Source: Eledone cirrhosa
Taxonomy: Eukaryota
NCBI GenBank assembly: GCA_964016885.1
Contig: OZ024754.1
Span: 39,618,001 to 39,682,000, forward strand
Length of the DNA: 64,000 bases
Reading direction: 5' to 3'
Part shown: in pieces, positions 52,626 through 64,000 of the stretch
Layout of the letters: each line of letters starts with the position of its first letter
How positions within the stretch are numbered: the first letter of the stretch is position 1
Program-made: the position numbers and the translations under genes
The notes under the pieces: model-generated
What the model saw: only the letters and a program-made list of their open reading frames with translations
The model's database searches: none
Told to the model about the DNA's origin: nothing

Positions 52626-53555
52626 TGAAACACCGCCCCACCCTAGGCATAGAGCCTGTCACCCACTCCAATTTCCCCTCTCTTTCTTTTGTGGCCTAAT
52701 AGTCCTTATTCTTTCCTTCCTTTTCCTCTTATTTGTGGCATTTATAATCCTTTCCTCTACTTATGTATACAGCCAGATTTGCCCTTCTTTACCCCTTCCC
52801 TCCTTTTTTTCATTACTTAATTTTGTTTTTATCTTTTTTTGTTTCATATTTCCATCATTGTATAATTTCTGTTTGTAAAATATAATTGACATAATACATA
52901 TAACATAAAATAAAATTTAATGTATCAAAATAGTTTGGTAGTATCAATAATTGTGAGGCTTCTGATTACACAATTTCCATCTATCTTGTCACTGACATTA
53001 ACACTCTCCGGTCAACATACTTTGCTCTCAAATAACACACCTACCCACCTTAGCTGTATATAGGTAGATTAGCAGAGTTTCACTTTTGTTTTAATTAAAT
53101 TATTATTTTTTGTGTGTGTGAACAGTGTCAAAGAGTAATAAAACATTCGTTAATGATGCAGTGCTCCTGCTACTAGGATTTATTGACAAACAAGTTGTTT
53201 CCAACCTTGAGGCATTCAAAAATGTTTAGTGAAGCTAGGTCTTTGATAACAAAGTTGTTATTGTTGGTGGTTTCGCCTTACCGATATCACAGTTGATGTC
53301 TCAGGTGAGAATATTTGGTTATTCCAGTGTCTTAGCTTTGGTATCACCCACAGCAATGTTGTGTGTTGGCTTTCTTAAAAAATTATTACAGAGAAGCTTC
53401 AGTGCCCCTTACTGTGGTGTGTGATTGAGTGTGCAGATCTTCCAACTCCCTTTTGTTTTCTTTGTAATAATTAAATATTGTTTCTACTTTTGGCACAAGG
53501 CCAGCAATTACCCCAATTCATACTACAATAAAGCATTTTATTGACCCCGTAAGGA

Positions 53556-53700
53556 TGTAATACAGTGTACAGTCTTATCTATTGTAGCATGTAATGCAGT
53601 GTACAGTCTTATCTATTGTAGCATGTAATACAGTGTATAGTCTTATCTATTGTAGTATGTACTACAGTATAGTCTTATCTATTGTAGCATGTACTACAGT
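53556..53700. repeat. 34-bp tandem repeat, about 4 units
   Basis: TGTAATACAGTGTACAGTCTTATCTATTGTAGCA. Confidence 0.85.
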
Positions 53701-54367
53701 AAGGATGCCCTTCCTAATGCCAACCTCATTTACAGTGTGGACTGGGTGCTTTTTGTCGTGTAACCAACATGACCACTTTACAGCGTTGACTGGGGGCTTT
53801 TTGTTGTGACACCTACACGACCACTTTACAGTGTGGACTGGGGGCTTTTTGTTGTGACACCTACACGACCACTTTACAGCGTGGGCTGGGGGCTTTTTGT
53901 CGTGGCACCTACACGACCACTTTACAGCGTGGACTGGGGGCTTTTTGTCGTGACACCTACACGACCACTTTACAGCGTGGACTGGGTTTTTTTTGTCGTG
54001 ACACCTACACGACCACATTACAGTGTGGACTGGGGGCTTCGCTGGATGTATACTTTGGCCTGTCCTCATGGGAGGGTGGGGTGGTGCATATATATATGTA
54101 AAAACCTTTGTTAAACTATGTTCCAAACAACAGCTTCATATTGAAAAATTTACTTAACTGCTACTTTATTTTATCAGCACCAGAAGGATGAAGGGCAAAG
54201 TCCACCTTGGTGGCATTTTGAACTTAGAACATAATGAGCTGGATCAAATGGAACAAATGTTATATAAACACGAAGGCAGCGGTGAAGTAATCTATGGGAA
54301 GTCTTCATTTACAGCTGTCCAGTTCTCAGAGGAGGACTAGCTAGGTAGATATAAGGTTCACAACTTT

Positions 54368-54760
54368 ACACACACACATACATACATATACACATACATA
54401 CACATACACCCAGGCAGACAGACACACACACACACATACATACACATATACATATGCACACACACACACACACATACATACACAGACATACATACACATA
54501 TACATATGCACATACACACACCTACATACATATGCACACACACATAGACATACATGCAGACACAGAGACACACATAACACATACACACACTGACAGATAC
54601 ACACACAGTTATACACACAGACAAGCACATACACACACAAGCAGACAGACACACGCATACACACAGACACACACATGCACACAGACAAATACATGCACAC
54701 AGAGACAGACACTCACACATACACATAGACTGACACACACAGACACACACTATATGTGTG
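54368..54760. repeat. (CA)n-rich microsatellite
   Basis: Seen directly. Confidence 0.95.
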
Positions 54761-54821
54761 TGTTAAAGCTATGTTATACATATATATGTGTGTCTAGTTA
54801 TAGCTAAGAAGTAAAGTGGGA

Positions 54822-55623
54822 AGAGACCCAAATGCTCAATCACACGCCTAAATAAGGTATGCTAGAGACCCAAATGCTCAATCATATGCCTAAATAAGGT
54901 ATGCTAGAGACTCAAATGCTCAATCATATGCCTAAATAAGGTATGCTAGAGACCCAAATGCTCAATCATATGCCTAAATAAGGTATGCTAGAGACCCAAA
55001 TGCTCAATCATATGCCTAAATAAGGTATGCTAGAGACTCAAATGCTCAATCATATGCCTAAATAAGGTATGCTAGAGACCCAAATGCTCAATCATATGCC
55101 TAAATAAGGTATGCTAGAGACCCAAATGCTCAATCATATGCCTAAATAAGGTATGCTAGAGACTCAAATGCTCAATCATATGCCTAAATAAGGTATGCTA
55201 GAGACCCAAATGCTCAATCATATGCCTAAATAAGGTATGCTAGAGACCCAAATGCTCAATCATATGCCTAAATAAGGTATGCTAGAGACTCAAATGCTCA
55301 ATCATATGCCTAAATAAGGTATGCTAGAGACCCAAATGCTCAATCATATGCCTAAATAAGGTATGCTAGAGACCCAAATGCTCAATCATATGCCTAAATA
55401 AGGTATGCTAGAGACTCAAATGCTCAATCATATGCCTAAATAAGGTATGCTAGAGACCCAAATGCTCAATCATATGCCTAAATAAGGTATGCTAGAGACC
55501 CAAATGCTCAATCATATGCCTAAATAAGGTATGCTAGAGACTCAAATGCGCAATCATATGCCTAAATAAGGTATGTTAGAGACCCAAATGCTCAATCATA
55601 TGCCTAAATAAGTTATGCTAGAG
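54822..55623. repeat. 42-bp minisatellite, about 19 units, with 126-bp higher-order period
   Basis: GAGACCCAAATGCTCAATCATATGCCTAAATAAGGTATGCTA; ACT variant in every third unit. Confidence 0.97.
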
Positions 55624-57324
55624 CCTCCCTCTAATAATTTTTATGGCAAGCCAACACACTTACAGTATTGCTGCAGCTCATAGAGGTGTGTCCTTGAGGA
55701 TGTACCCTAATTTTGACAACCAAATATTTAAAAAAAAATAATAAACAACCTTCGGCCTCCAGGACGCATGGTAAATTTTTGAGACTTATTTTAGGAAAAA
55801 AGTAGCGTCTTCGATGTCGAGAAATATGGTGGCTTTGACAATAGATATCATCATCATCATCATCGTTTAACATCTATCTTCCATGCTAGCATGGGTTAGA
55901 TGGGAATTGTCTCACTTGAGGCAAGATTGATCGGGTGACCGTGTCTCGTTCCTATAAGAAATAATAATGAAATTATTGTGTACAGTGCTCAGGTGCACTA
56001 CAACTCATCAAAGGTGCATGTATAATACATAGAATAATGTACAAATGTCAGGAAAATGAACAATGTACGAGTCATGATATACATGTGTGTATGGAGGGGG
56101 GATATCAGGTGTAGTGTTGGTGAATTTCAGGAAGCATGGAGGTTTTAAAGGATGCAGTGTCTCGACAGCTAACAACTGATGCAGGTAGTTTCATGCTTCA
56201 GCAACTCTGAGCGTGAAAAAATGTTTCCGAAAACTGTTTTCTGACTTTGCAGGCATGCCCATGTGTGTTAGACACATGGATATCAAAAAGGTGCTCAGGG
56301 TTGTTGTTGGCAACTATCTGGCAGGTGTATCTATGTGGACTATCAGATAGGTGTATATAAAGCCTAACACAGAGGTTGTCTTCCTTTCACATTTTCCCTT
56401 TCTGGCCATTACAGTCAGATTTCTAGGGCCAGCTGTTTCAGCCAAGCATGACAGTGCAGGTTAATAAATCTACATTCAAATTCCTGCCCTCACCTCTCAC
56501 AACTCTAAACAACTCAACACACCACATTCAAATACCCTTCTTCAAAAGTATACTTTTGTTATCTGAACCTTTCCTGTTGTCTTCTCATTCGCTACATGAA
56601 TTTCCCCATAAAATTATGGCAGAATAAAACCATAAAATAATTAGCAGTCTTGTTCATTTGTACTTTATACCAATGTGATTGGAGAAATTGCTTTATCCCA
56701 TGTCGACACCATATCAACATCAACCAAATGATTTTAACTACTTGTCACATCAACCATTCAACACATCAACTTCAACAACTTGTCCACTTCACATTCAGAG
56801 AACAACAAATCTTATATCCACTAAATAGGTGCCTGTATGTGTTTAATCCTTCAAAAGTCACTACATTGCCTGAAAGAGTTAACACACCACATACCACACT
56901 GTAGGACATTTATTTTCCCAGAAATTCACTCTTACACATTAGAAAATGCAACTTCCCAAAACATTTAACTTGGGGAAAACAAACACTTCATATTTATTTC
57001 CTGTTATTGCCATTATCACCATTCTAGAACTTGTTAATGATGGTGGTATTGTTGCTACAGTGGGTTTTGTTTCAATCCAGGCCAATCCTAATCAAGCAGA
57101 CCTATGATCTAAGATGTTCTAGTGGTCGGTCTTTTTCCTTTCACCGTCGCGCCAACAACTCGTCTTTGTGTTGGTATCATATGCGTTTTCGTGAAAAGGC
57201 GAAACATTGTATTCAGCCCTCTTTCGAAAACTAAAATTGGAGAATCTGAGCACGGCACATCTCTCCATCATTAATGCACGTTATCGTGCTTTCTTTATCA
57301 GAGACCGAGTCTCGAACAGATCAT

Positions 57325-58268
57325 TTATGGTGGAGAGATTTCACAGACAGTTGAAAGCTGCACTCCGCGCTACTCCTGATCCACAACGTTGGACCGAATT
57401 CTCGCCAATTGTGCTTCTTGGTTGTCGTTCTGCCATTAAGACAGATTTAGGTTTCATTTCTGCTGAACTTCTTTATGCTACCACATTGACTCTTTCTGTT
57501 AAAATGTTAGCACCGGTGGATTCATCGCATTTTGACCCAACATCATATGTCACCAGGATTCGTTCATATTTCTCGGATCTTCCACCAATGAATCCTTGTG
57601 ACCAGTCTATTTCTTCTGCTGTTCCATCGGTCATCTCTACGTGGACGCATATTTTTATACAGAATGATTCCATCAAGGGACCACTTACGTCACCCTACAA
57701 CGGACATTTTCGTGTGCTTTCGCACACACCAAAACACCTTACAGTGGCTGTCAATGGTCGAAAAGAGATAATATCCGTTGACAGAGCAAAGAAGGCTTTC
57801 TCTGAAAGTCTCATTTCATTGCCTGACATACCTCGCACATACACTCCCACACCAACACCTTCACCGCAAACACCACATACCACACAACCTTATGTCACAC
57901 GAAGTGGCAGAACAGTGAAATGGCCAAGTAAACTGTCAAAAACTGTATGTTTAGCCCCTGTTGGCATTAACATTTTTTCTCTCGCTACAATGACCTTCGG
58001 TTGGTCATTCGACTTCTCATCTGAGAGGGGAGTCTTGTAACGTCCTCTGGACAAAGGGAAGTAGCTGGAGTTACTTCCCGTTGAATTCTAGAGGATTCCT
58101 TGAACTTCCGGTCTAGGGATTATAAAGGAGGGAGAAAAGAGACATCTTGGCTTTTTGGCGACCGGCTCTCGGACAGTTCACTCACGAGCGAGTTTGTTAA
58201 CCTTATTATATCTGTATCAAATTAAATTAGTGGTTGGCCTGCAGTGGCGTTTACCAAAGTAAATAACA
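57325..58268 (+). mobile_element. Ty3/gypsy remnant: integrase C-terminus, polypurine tract and about 233-bp 3' LTR
   Basis: MVERFHRQLKAAL, ELLY, PL.SPY.G.F.V (GPY/F motif), SVDR.K, TRSGR; PPT GAGAGGGGAG at 58023-58032; LTR TG(58036)...CA(about 58268) with TATAAA at 58121. Confidence 0.85.
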
Positions 58269-58327
58269 CTGTGACCAACTCACTAAAGGTCTTATGTCAA
58301 ATTATTAATAATTGTATAGGTCTTATT

Positions 58328-58510
58328 GTGGATTGGCAGTATCGGTAGAGGGTCGGACGCCATGCTTTCCAGCATAGTTACGTCCCTTTACGATCTGAGT
58401 TCAAATCCCGCCGAGGTTAACTTTGCCTTTCATCCTTACGGGGTCGATAAAATAAAGTACCAGTAATGCACTGGGTAATTGCTGGCCTTGTGCCTAAAGT
58501 AGAAACGATT
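58328..58510 (+). mobile_element. tRNA-derived SINE, representative of a high-copy family
   Basis: B-box GAGTTCAAATCC and body ...GTCGATAAAATAAAGTACCAG...GGCCTTGTGCC. Copies at 5330-5520, 33586-33765, 35095-35190, 47140-47272, 51630-51740, 59755-60110 and 60305-60475. Confidence 0.75.
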
Positions 58511-58989
58511 ATTAATAATTGTATAGGTCTTATTATGTTAAATTATTAATAATTGTATAGGTTTTATTATGTCAAATTGTTAATAATTGCATAGATCTTA
58601 TGTAAAATTATTAGTAATTGTATAGGTCATATCATTATGTAAAATTGTTAATAATTGTATAGGTCTTATGTTAAATTATTAATAATTGTATAGATCTTAT
58701 TATTATGTAAAATTATTAATTATTATATCGAAACTTCAAAAGTAAGACAGGCCTGTTTTATATAAATAGTTTATTGCTGATTTCTCTAGCAGGACCACCA
58801 TACACTACATTGAAAGGGTGCAAATATACAAATGTTCAATCTGCAAACAAGGCTATCCTGCTTTTTCATAGAATTTCTTTGTGTCTTCCAAGAGTCCCCA
58901 TCATGGAAAGATTCTCTGAAAATTAAGATATTTATATATATATATAAACAACATAGAAAACAATCAAATTTTTGTTTAATGCATTTAAT

Positions 58990-59036
58990 TGCTGACGATC
59001 GTTTCTTCCAGACAAACGTCTGGAATCATCGGAGCA
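58990..59036 (-). ncRNA. Minimal Type I hammerhead motif (U4C variant), tandem dimer unit
   Basis: ugcu-CCGAUGA-uuccagac(guuu)gucuggaa-GAAA-CGAUCG-UC-agca. Confidence 0.72.
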
Positions 59037-59267
59037 TGTACAATGTTAAAACAAATAAATAAATTCATGATCCTTAGAACATTCATTAAGATACATTATA
59101 ATTATTAGTGTCAGTAACAATATATTGAAGAGCAAGAATAACAAAATAATATTACAATTAAAAGATAAGAACAATATTATTTTAGAAAGGTGAAAGATTC
59201 TTTGAAAATTAAGATATTTATATATATAAATTACAGAATAATCAAAACTATGTTCAAAACATTTTAT

Positions 59268-59314
59268 TGCTGACAATCGTTTCTTCCAAACTTTCCTTTG
59301 GAAACATCAGAGCA
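59268..59314 (-). ncRNA. Minimal Type I hammerhead motif (A9U variant), tandem dimer unit
   Basis: ugcu-CUGAUGU-uuccaaa(ggaaag)uuuggaa-GAAA-CGAUUG-UC-agca; 278 nt from the partner copy. Confidence 0.68.
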
Positions 59315-60889
59315 CTAGCAAAGTTTAGACATATAATTAACCTCCTATTCCACAGAACAATTGTAAAGATACATAGATGTTAGTGTTGTCATTAACGGTG
59401 TCATATTTAAAGAGTGAAGATGATGTGGTCAGTATCAGTGGATGCGACAAAGATTATAAAAGAATAATACAACAATTATAGAGGAATTAAATGTTAACAT
59501 ATCATAAACAATGACTTTTCTATTCTTCTTTTGACCCACAACTGTTGGAAATTTAGGGACACCCATTAACATACCATATGTCGTGGGCATTTTTTAGAAT
59601 CTGGTTGAGCCCATCTTTTCTCCACATCTGAACACAGAAGATTCCTTCCAGAGTATGAGAGGGAGAGAGAGAAGGTAAAAAAGTATTTAAAGGAAGAATC
59701 TACTTCAGTACTCAACTGAACAGGCACTTTTATTTTTTATTTACCTAAACAAATAATTGTTTCTACTTTTGGCACAAGGCCAACAATTACCCCAGTACAT
59801 TACTGGTACTTTATTTTATCGACCCTGTAAGGATGAAAGGCAAAGTTAACCTCGGCTGTTGCAAAGCATGGTGTCTGACCCTCTACCGATACTGCCAATC
59901 CACCATAATTTACCTCAAAATAATTGTTTCTATTTTAGGCACAAGGCCAGCAATTACCCAGTACATTACTGGTACTTTATTTTATCGACCCCGTAAGGAT
60001 GAAAGGCAAAGTTAACCTCGGCGGGATTTGAACTCAGATCATAAAGGGACGTAACTCTATGCTTCAAAGCATGGTGTCTGACCCTCTACCGATACTGCCA
60101 ATCCACCGCCAATTTACCTCAAAATAATAAAAGGCAGGACCTCGGCATGATTTGAACTCAGAACAGAGAGGTCCTGAATGAATATTACAAAATATTCTGA
60201 TGTTCTAATGTCAATTCATTGCAGAACCTTTTCGGATTATTGAACATTTATTTATGATAAAAACTGTATAAAAATGATATTATTTACTGTAACAATAATA
60301 ATAATTGTTTCTACTTTTGGCACAAGGCCAGCAATTATTCCAGTGTATTACTTTATTTTATCGACCCCGTAAGGATGAAAGGCAAAGTTTACCTCGGCGG
60401 GATTTGAACTCAGATCATAAAGGGGCGTGATCTGAGTTCAAATCCCGCTGAGGTTAACTTTGCCTTTCATCCTTAATGACAACTATAATGATGTCAATAA
60501 TAATAATTTAAAAAAAGGGGCAAAGAAAGAATAGGGTAATATAGAGAAAAAAGAGAGAGGGGAAGAAAAAGAACGGGAAGGCGAGGGGATGGCAAGAGCT
60601 CTGCTGTTGCAGAAGAGAGGGGGAGGGTGATCAGGCTTTGGGCCAAGGGCAAGAGGGTAGAAGTGCTGCACCCCACAAATTCAGTATGTAAAAAAGGGCA
60701 ATGGGCACAGCCCTTTCCTCAAGGCCAATGGAATAAATAATTTTTTTAAAAAATTCAGTATGAAAAAAAAATTAAAAGCAGGTACAGGAAAATTAATAAA
60801 TATACAAACCAACAAACTATTGTACTAACCTTAACATAAGAATGAAAAATGTTTTTAAATGATTATTATTGGTTGTTGTTGTTGTGGTT

Positions 60890-60950
60890 TTATACACGAG
60901 CTCCACTCTTTGCAGTCAGTAACATCTTTTTACCAAAATGGCAGAGAATC
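60890..60950 (-). CDS. DHRS7: DHRS7-like terminal coding exon (W-ILCHFGKKMLLTAKSGARV*)
   Basis: Pyrimidine tract plus AAG acceptor; phase completes TGG; GKK..KSG matches the DHRS7 tail as recalled; TAA at 60892-60890. Confidence 0.72.
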
Positions 60951-61311
60951 CTTAAAACAGAAGAAATATCAATTATAATAATAGCGAATGTGTGTGTGTG
61001 TATATTTACACAAGAGAGTGGGACTGGCTTTGTGCAGTGCCTTTGCTCACTATAAAAGCTTCACGGCACAGGCATTGCTTTATATCTGGGGATCTCTCTG
61101 CACTTGTCACATGGTACCATGGGCCCAGCACTATGTGTCAGTAATTGTCACAAGTGTAGTGTTTGTACCAGAGTTTTCAAGTCGCTGGCTGGACTAAAAA
61201 GTCACACTCGTTCAGCGCATCAGTAGGGGTTCTACATGGATATAAAGTAGTGGCCGTACTCGAAAACAAGTATTTGGAGTATATTTACGATATTAAATAA
61301 ATGGAAACTAT

Positions 61312-61413
61312 ATTTATAAAACCATATCTATTTCATTATATATATTTCAGGGATATCATATTAACAATATGTTATGCCTTCTTCAGACAAAATACAATAT
61401 AGACAGTTTTATA
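61312..61413 (-). ncRNA. Type I hammerhead ribozyme, left arm of inverted pair, sense in DHRS7-like last intron
   Basis: Reverse complement of 61526-61627. Confidence 0.78.
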
Positions 61414-61525
61414 GATAAATAGATTTGACATACCGTTCAACATCGACTTGTATTTGAAAAATGACTGCCAAATCAACTTTTTCAAATACAAGTCGATGTT
61501 GAACGGTATGTCAAATCTATTTATC

Positions 61526-61627
61526 TATAAAACTGTCTATATTGTATTTTGTCTGAAGAAGGCATAACATATTGTTAATATGATATCCCTGAAATATATA
61601 TAATGAAATAGATATGGTTTTATAAAT
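61526..61627 (+). ncRNA. Type I hammerhead ribozyme, right arm of inverted pair
   Basis: tattttgt CTGAAGA(61553-59), stem II agg-c-ata-a-catatt(gtt)aatatg-a-tat-c-cct, GAAA(61591-94) TATATA TA atgaaata. Confidence 0.78.
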
Positions 61628-61650
61628 ATAGTTTCCATTTATTTAATATC

Positions 61651-61684
<34 letters not shown>

Positions 61685-62751
61685 ATTTGTTTGTCACGCA
61701 CTGAAAGGGAGATAACTGAGAAAGGAAGTGGGTAGTGTCAAACTATAGAAAACAGCGACTAGCATTCTAAGATTTGCTACACACATTGGCTAATGTTATT
61801 GTATCAGTGTTTCTGTGTATATATTCACTTGTGTGAGTGTTTGTGTGTTTATATTTATACACCCATATATATAAATATATTCATAAGCACACCAAGATAT
61901 TATCTTAATAATAATAATAATGAAATTATTGTGTACAGTACTCAGATGCTCTACAACTCATCAAAGGTGCATGTATAGTACATAGAATAATGTACAAATG
62001 TCAGGAAAGTGACAGATAATTATGCGAGGTAAAGCCTTTACCATGAAAATATAATAGTATATATAGAGTAATGTGAATGCTAAAGGGTTAAAACCTCAAT
62101 GCTTCCTGAAATTTGCCAACACTATTATTATTATTATTATCAGGTATAATGAAATTATTGTATACAGTGCTCAGGTGCATGTAGAGTACATAGAATAATG
62201 TACAAATGTCAGGGAAGTGAATAGTGTATGAGTCATGATATACATGTGTGCGTGTGTATGGAGGGGGGCGGGGGTATCAGGTATAGTGTTGGCAATTTCA
62301 GGAATCATGGAGGTTTTAAGCCTTTAATGTTAAAACCGGCCACAATTCTCTACCTCTTTCTGTTGGAATTGGCTGTAACTGGCCGCTCAAACTGATGTTA
62401 AGGTATTGTTCTCAAAATAAACACCTTCAAAATCTCATAGATTAGATATTATGTGAGATAATTATGCGAGGTAAAGCCTTTACCAGGAAAATATAATAGT
62501 ATATATAGAGTAATGTAAATGCTAAAGGGTGAAAAGATGCAGTGACTCAGCAGCTAACAACTGATGCAGGTAGTTTGTTCCATGCTTCAGCAACTCTGAG
62601 CGAGAAAAAAATGTTTCTGAAAGTCATGGAAGCTGTGCTGTTTATCTAGGTTAGTTTCGGATCATTAATCCACAAAAAAATTTGCAATAAAAGAATTATT
62701 AAACTAAAAACTTGGTTTTGTACACTTTTTATATATAAAATACTACAGTTA

Positions 62752-63008
62752 GTGGTGATGATGATGACGATGGTGGTGACGATGATGGTGATGGTGATGA
62801 TGATAGTGACGACGATGGTGATGATGATGATGATGACAACGATGATGATGATGACGATGATGATGGTGATGATGATGATGATAGTGACGATGATGATGAT
62901 GATGATGATGATGACGATGATGGTGATGACGGTGATGGTGATGATGATGATGATGACGATGGTGGTGACGATGATGGTGATGATGATGGTGATGATGATG
63001 ATGGTGAT
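62752..63008. repeat. (GAT/GGT/GAC)n microsatellite abutting the DHRS7-like donor site
   Basis: Seen directly. Confidence 0.95.
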
Positions 63009-63015
63009 AACTCAC

Positions 63016-63182
63016 CACTGTCCAATTGAAGGACAATACTGACACAGGTACATCAGTAAAAGTAAAGGATGTCTAGCAATCCACACTTCATCTAACTTGT
63101 TAGCAATAGCCAGTATTATGAGCCGGGCACAGCGTGCAGTATCCATTCGTCTATCGTTAGGATCCATTTTCATGCCATAATT
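63016..63182 (-). CDS. DHRS7: DHRS7-like short-chain dehydrogenase/reductase, penultimate coding exon (gene continues beyond window)
   Basis: CAG acceptor, GTGAGT donor. Translation NYGMKMDPNDRRMDTARCARLIILAIANKLDEVWIARHPLLLLMYLCQYCPSIGQW resembles the DHRS7 C-terminus as recalled (M.T.RC.RL.L...AN.L.EVWI...P.L...YL.QY.P). Confidence 0.85.
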
Positions 63183-63464
63183 CTGGAAATAGATAAAAAA
63201 AGGAAGCTATAATTATAAACATAGAGCTATATGGAGCAGAGTGGTTATTGTGACTGCTCTGCACATGTCCAGTCGAATTGTTAATCACACACAACATAGG
63301 CAAGATTTGTGTGAAGAGAACACTAGGTATTTATAATAATAATAATGAAATTATTGTGTACAGTGCTCAGGTGCACTACAACTCATCAAAGGTGCATGTA
63401 TAGTACATAGAATAATGTACAAATGTCAGGAAAATGAACAGTGTATGAGTCATGATATAATGTT

Positions 63465-63815
63465 TTCTTTATTAACCACAAGGGTTTACATAAAGTAGAC
63501 ATTAAGGACAGTACAGGACGGTACAAATGGGCATTTCTGCGTGTAAAAAAAACAGAGGATGTAATAAAATAACAAAGAAAAATTCCCCAACAGGGGGGAG
63601 ACTTCCGAGGGACATTTGTGGAGAAAGCCTATTAAAAGACCACAGTGACCCTGACCACCAGGGCAAGTGCCCTCTCCCAGTTTTCCACCTTTAATTTACA
63701 GACACATACTCAGAGAAGGCCCATTCATTTGGGCCATACTTGCTTCTCTCACCCATCTTTCAACAAAATGCTGGGAAGAGAGCACTCCCCTCTCTACCCT
63801 GATTTTCCTTTTCAA
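63465..63815 (-). mobile_element. Possible L1/Tx1-like LINE 3' end
   Basis: LKRKIRVERGVLSSQHFVERW...* followed by a UTR and AATAAAG; a related tail lies at about 27935-28000. Confidence 0.4.
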
Positions 63816-64000
63816 TAACAATAATAATAATAATGAAATATTGTGTACAGTGCCCAGGTGCACCACAACTCATCAAAAAGTGCATGTACAGTACTTCAAA
63901 TATCATGAAGACATATATATATATATATATATGTGAAGGCGCATGGCTTAGTGGTTAGAGCATTGGGCTTGCAATTGAAAGGTTGTGAGTTCAATTCTCA

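Noticed and set aside
57207-58040. 277-aa ORF as a domesticated integrase gene
   Set aside because: It lacks the HHCC motif and the first two catalytic aspartates and is followed by a PPT and LTR, so it is a truncated gypsy remnant.
59420-59650. Alternative terminal exon candidate for the DHRS7-like gene
   Set aside because: The translation is not recognisable; 60890-60950 fits phase and homology much better.
63936-64000. A-box/B-box sequence resembling a tRNA gene (also 9080-9150 and 43310-43375)
   Set aside because: No complete cloverleaf is visible; these fit tRNA-derived SINE heads.

Overview
AT-rich, repeat-dense, intron-containing animal genomic DNA. The microsatellite, SINE and LINE landscape looks mollusc/Octopus-like, but the organism is inferred, not proven. 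Two intact tandem paralogues of a PLD3/PLD4-family (phospholipase D superfamily) gene lie on the minus strand. Each has 9 coding exons: copy A at 1921-25128 (435 aa) and copy B at 34306-45720 (441 aa). The last two coding exons of a DHRS7-like SDR gene (60890-63182, minus) are also present. The rest is transposable-element debris and tandem repeats: a 5'-truncated CR1/L2-like LINE with a 699-codon RT ORF, RTE and CRE-like LINE fragments, a gypsy integrase remnant with 3' LTR, piggyBac/hAT/Tc1-type MITEs, tRNA-derived SINEs, and a 5.7-kb 72-bp minisatellite that grew out of an RTE LINE. The main signal the ORF track misses is about 12 Type I hammerhead ribozyme motifs read by eye. They occur as inverted pairs next to (TA)n tracts (Penelope pLTR-like), as tandem 216-nt and 278-nt retrozyme-like dimers, and as solo copies, and several lie sense within host introns. 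Most long ORFs in the track are artefacts of simple repeats.
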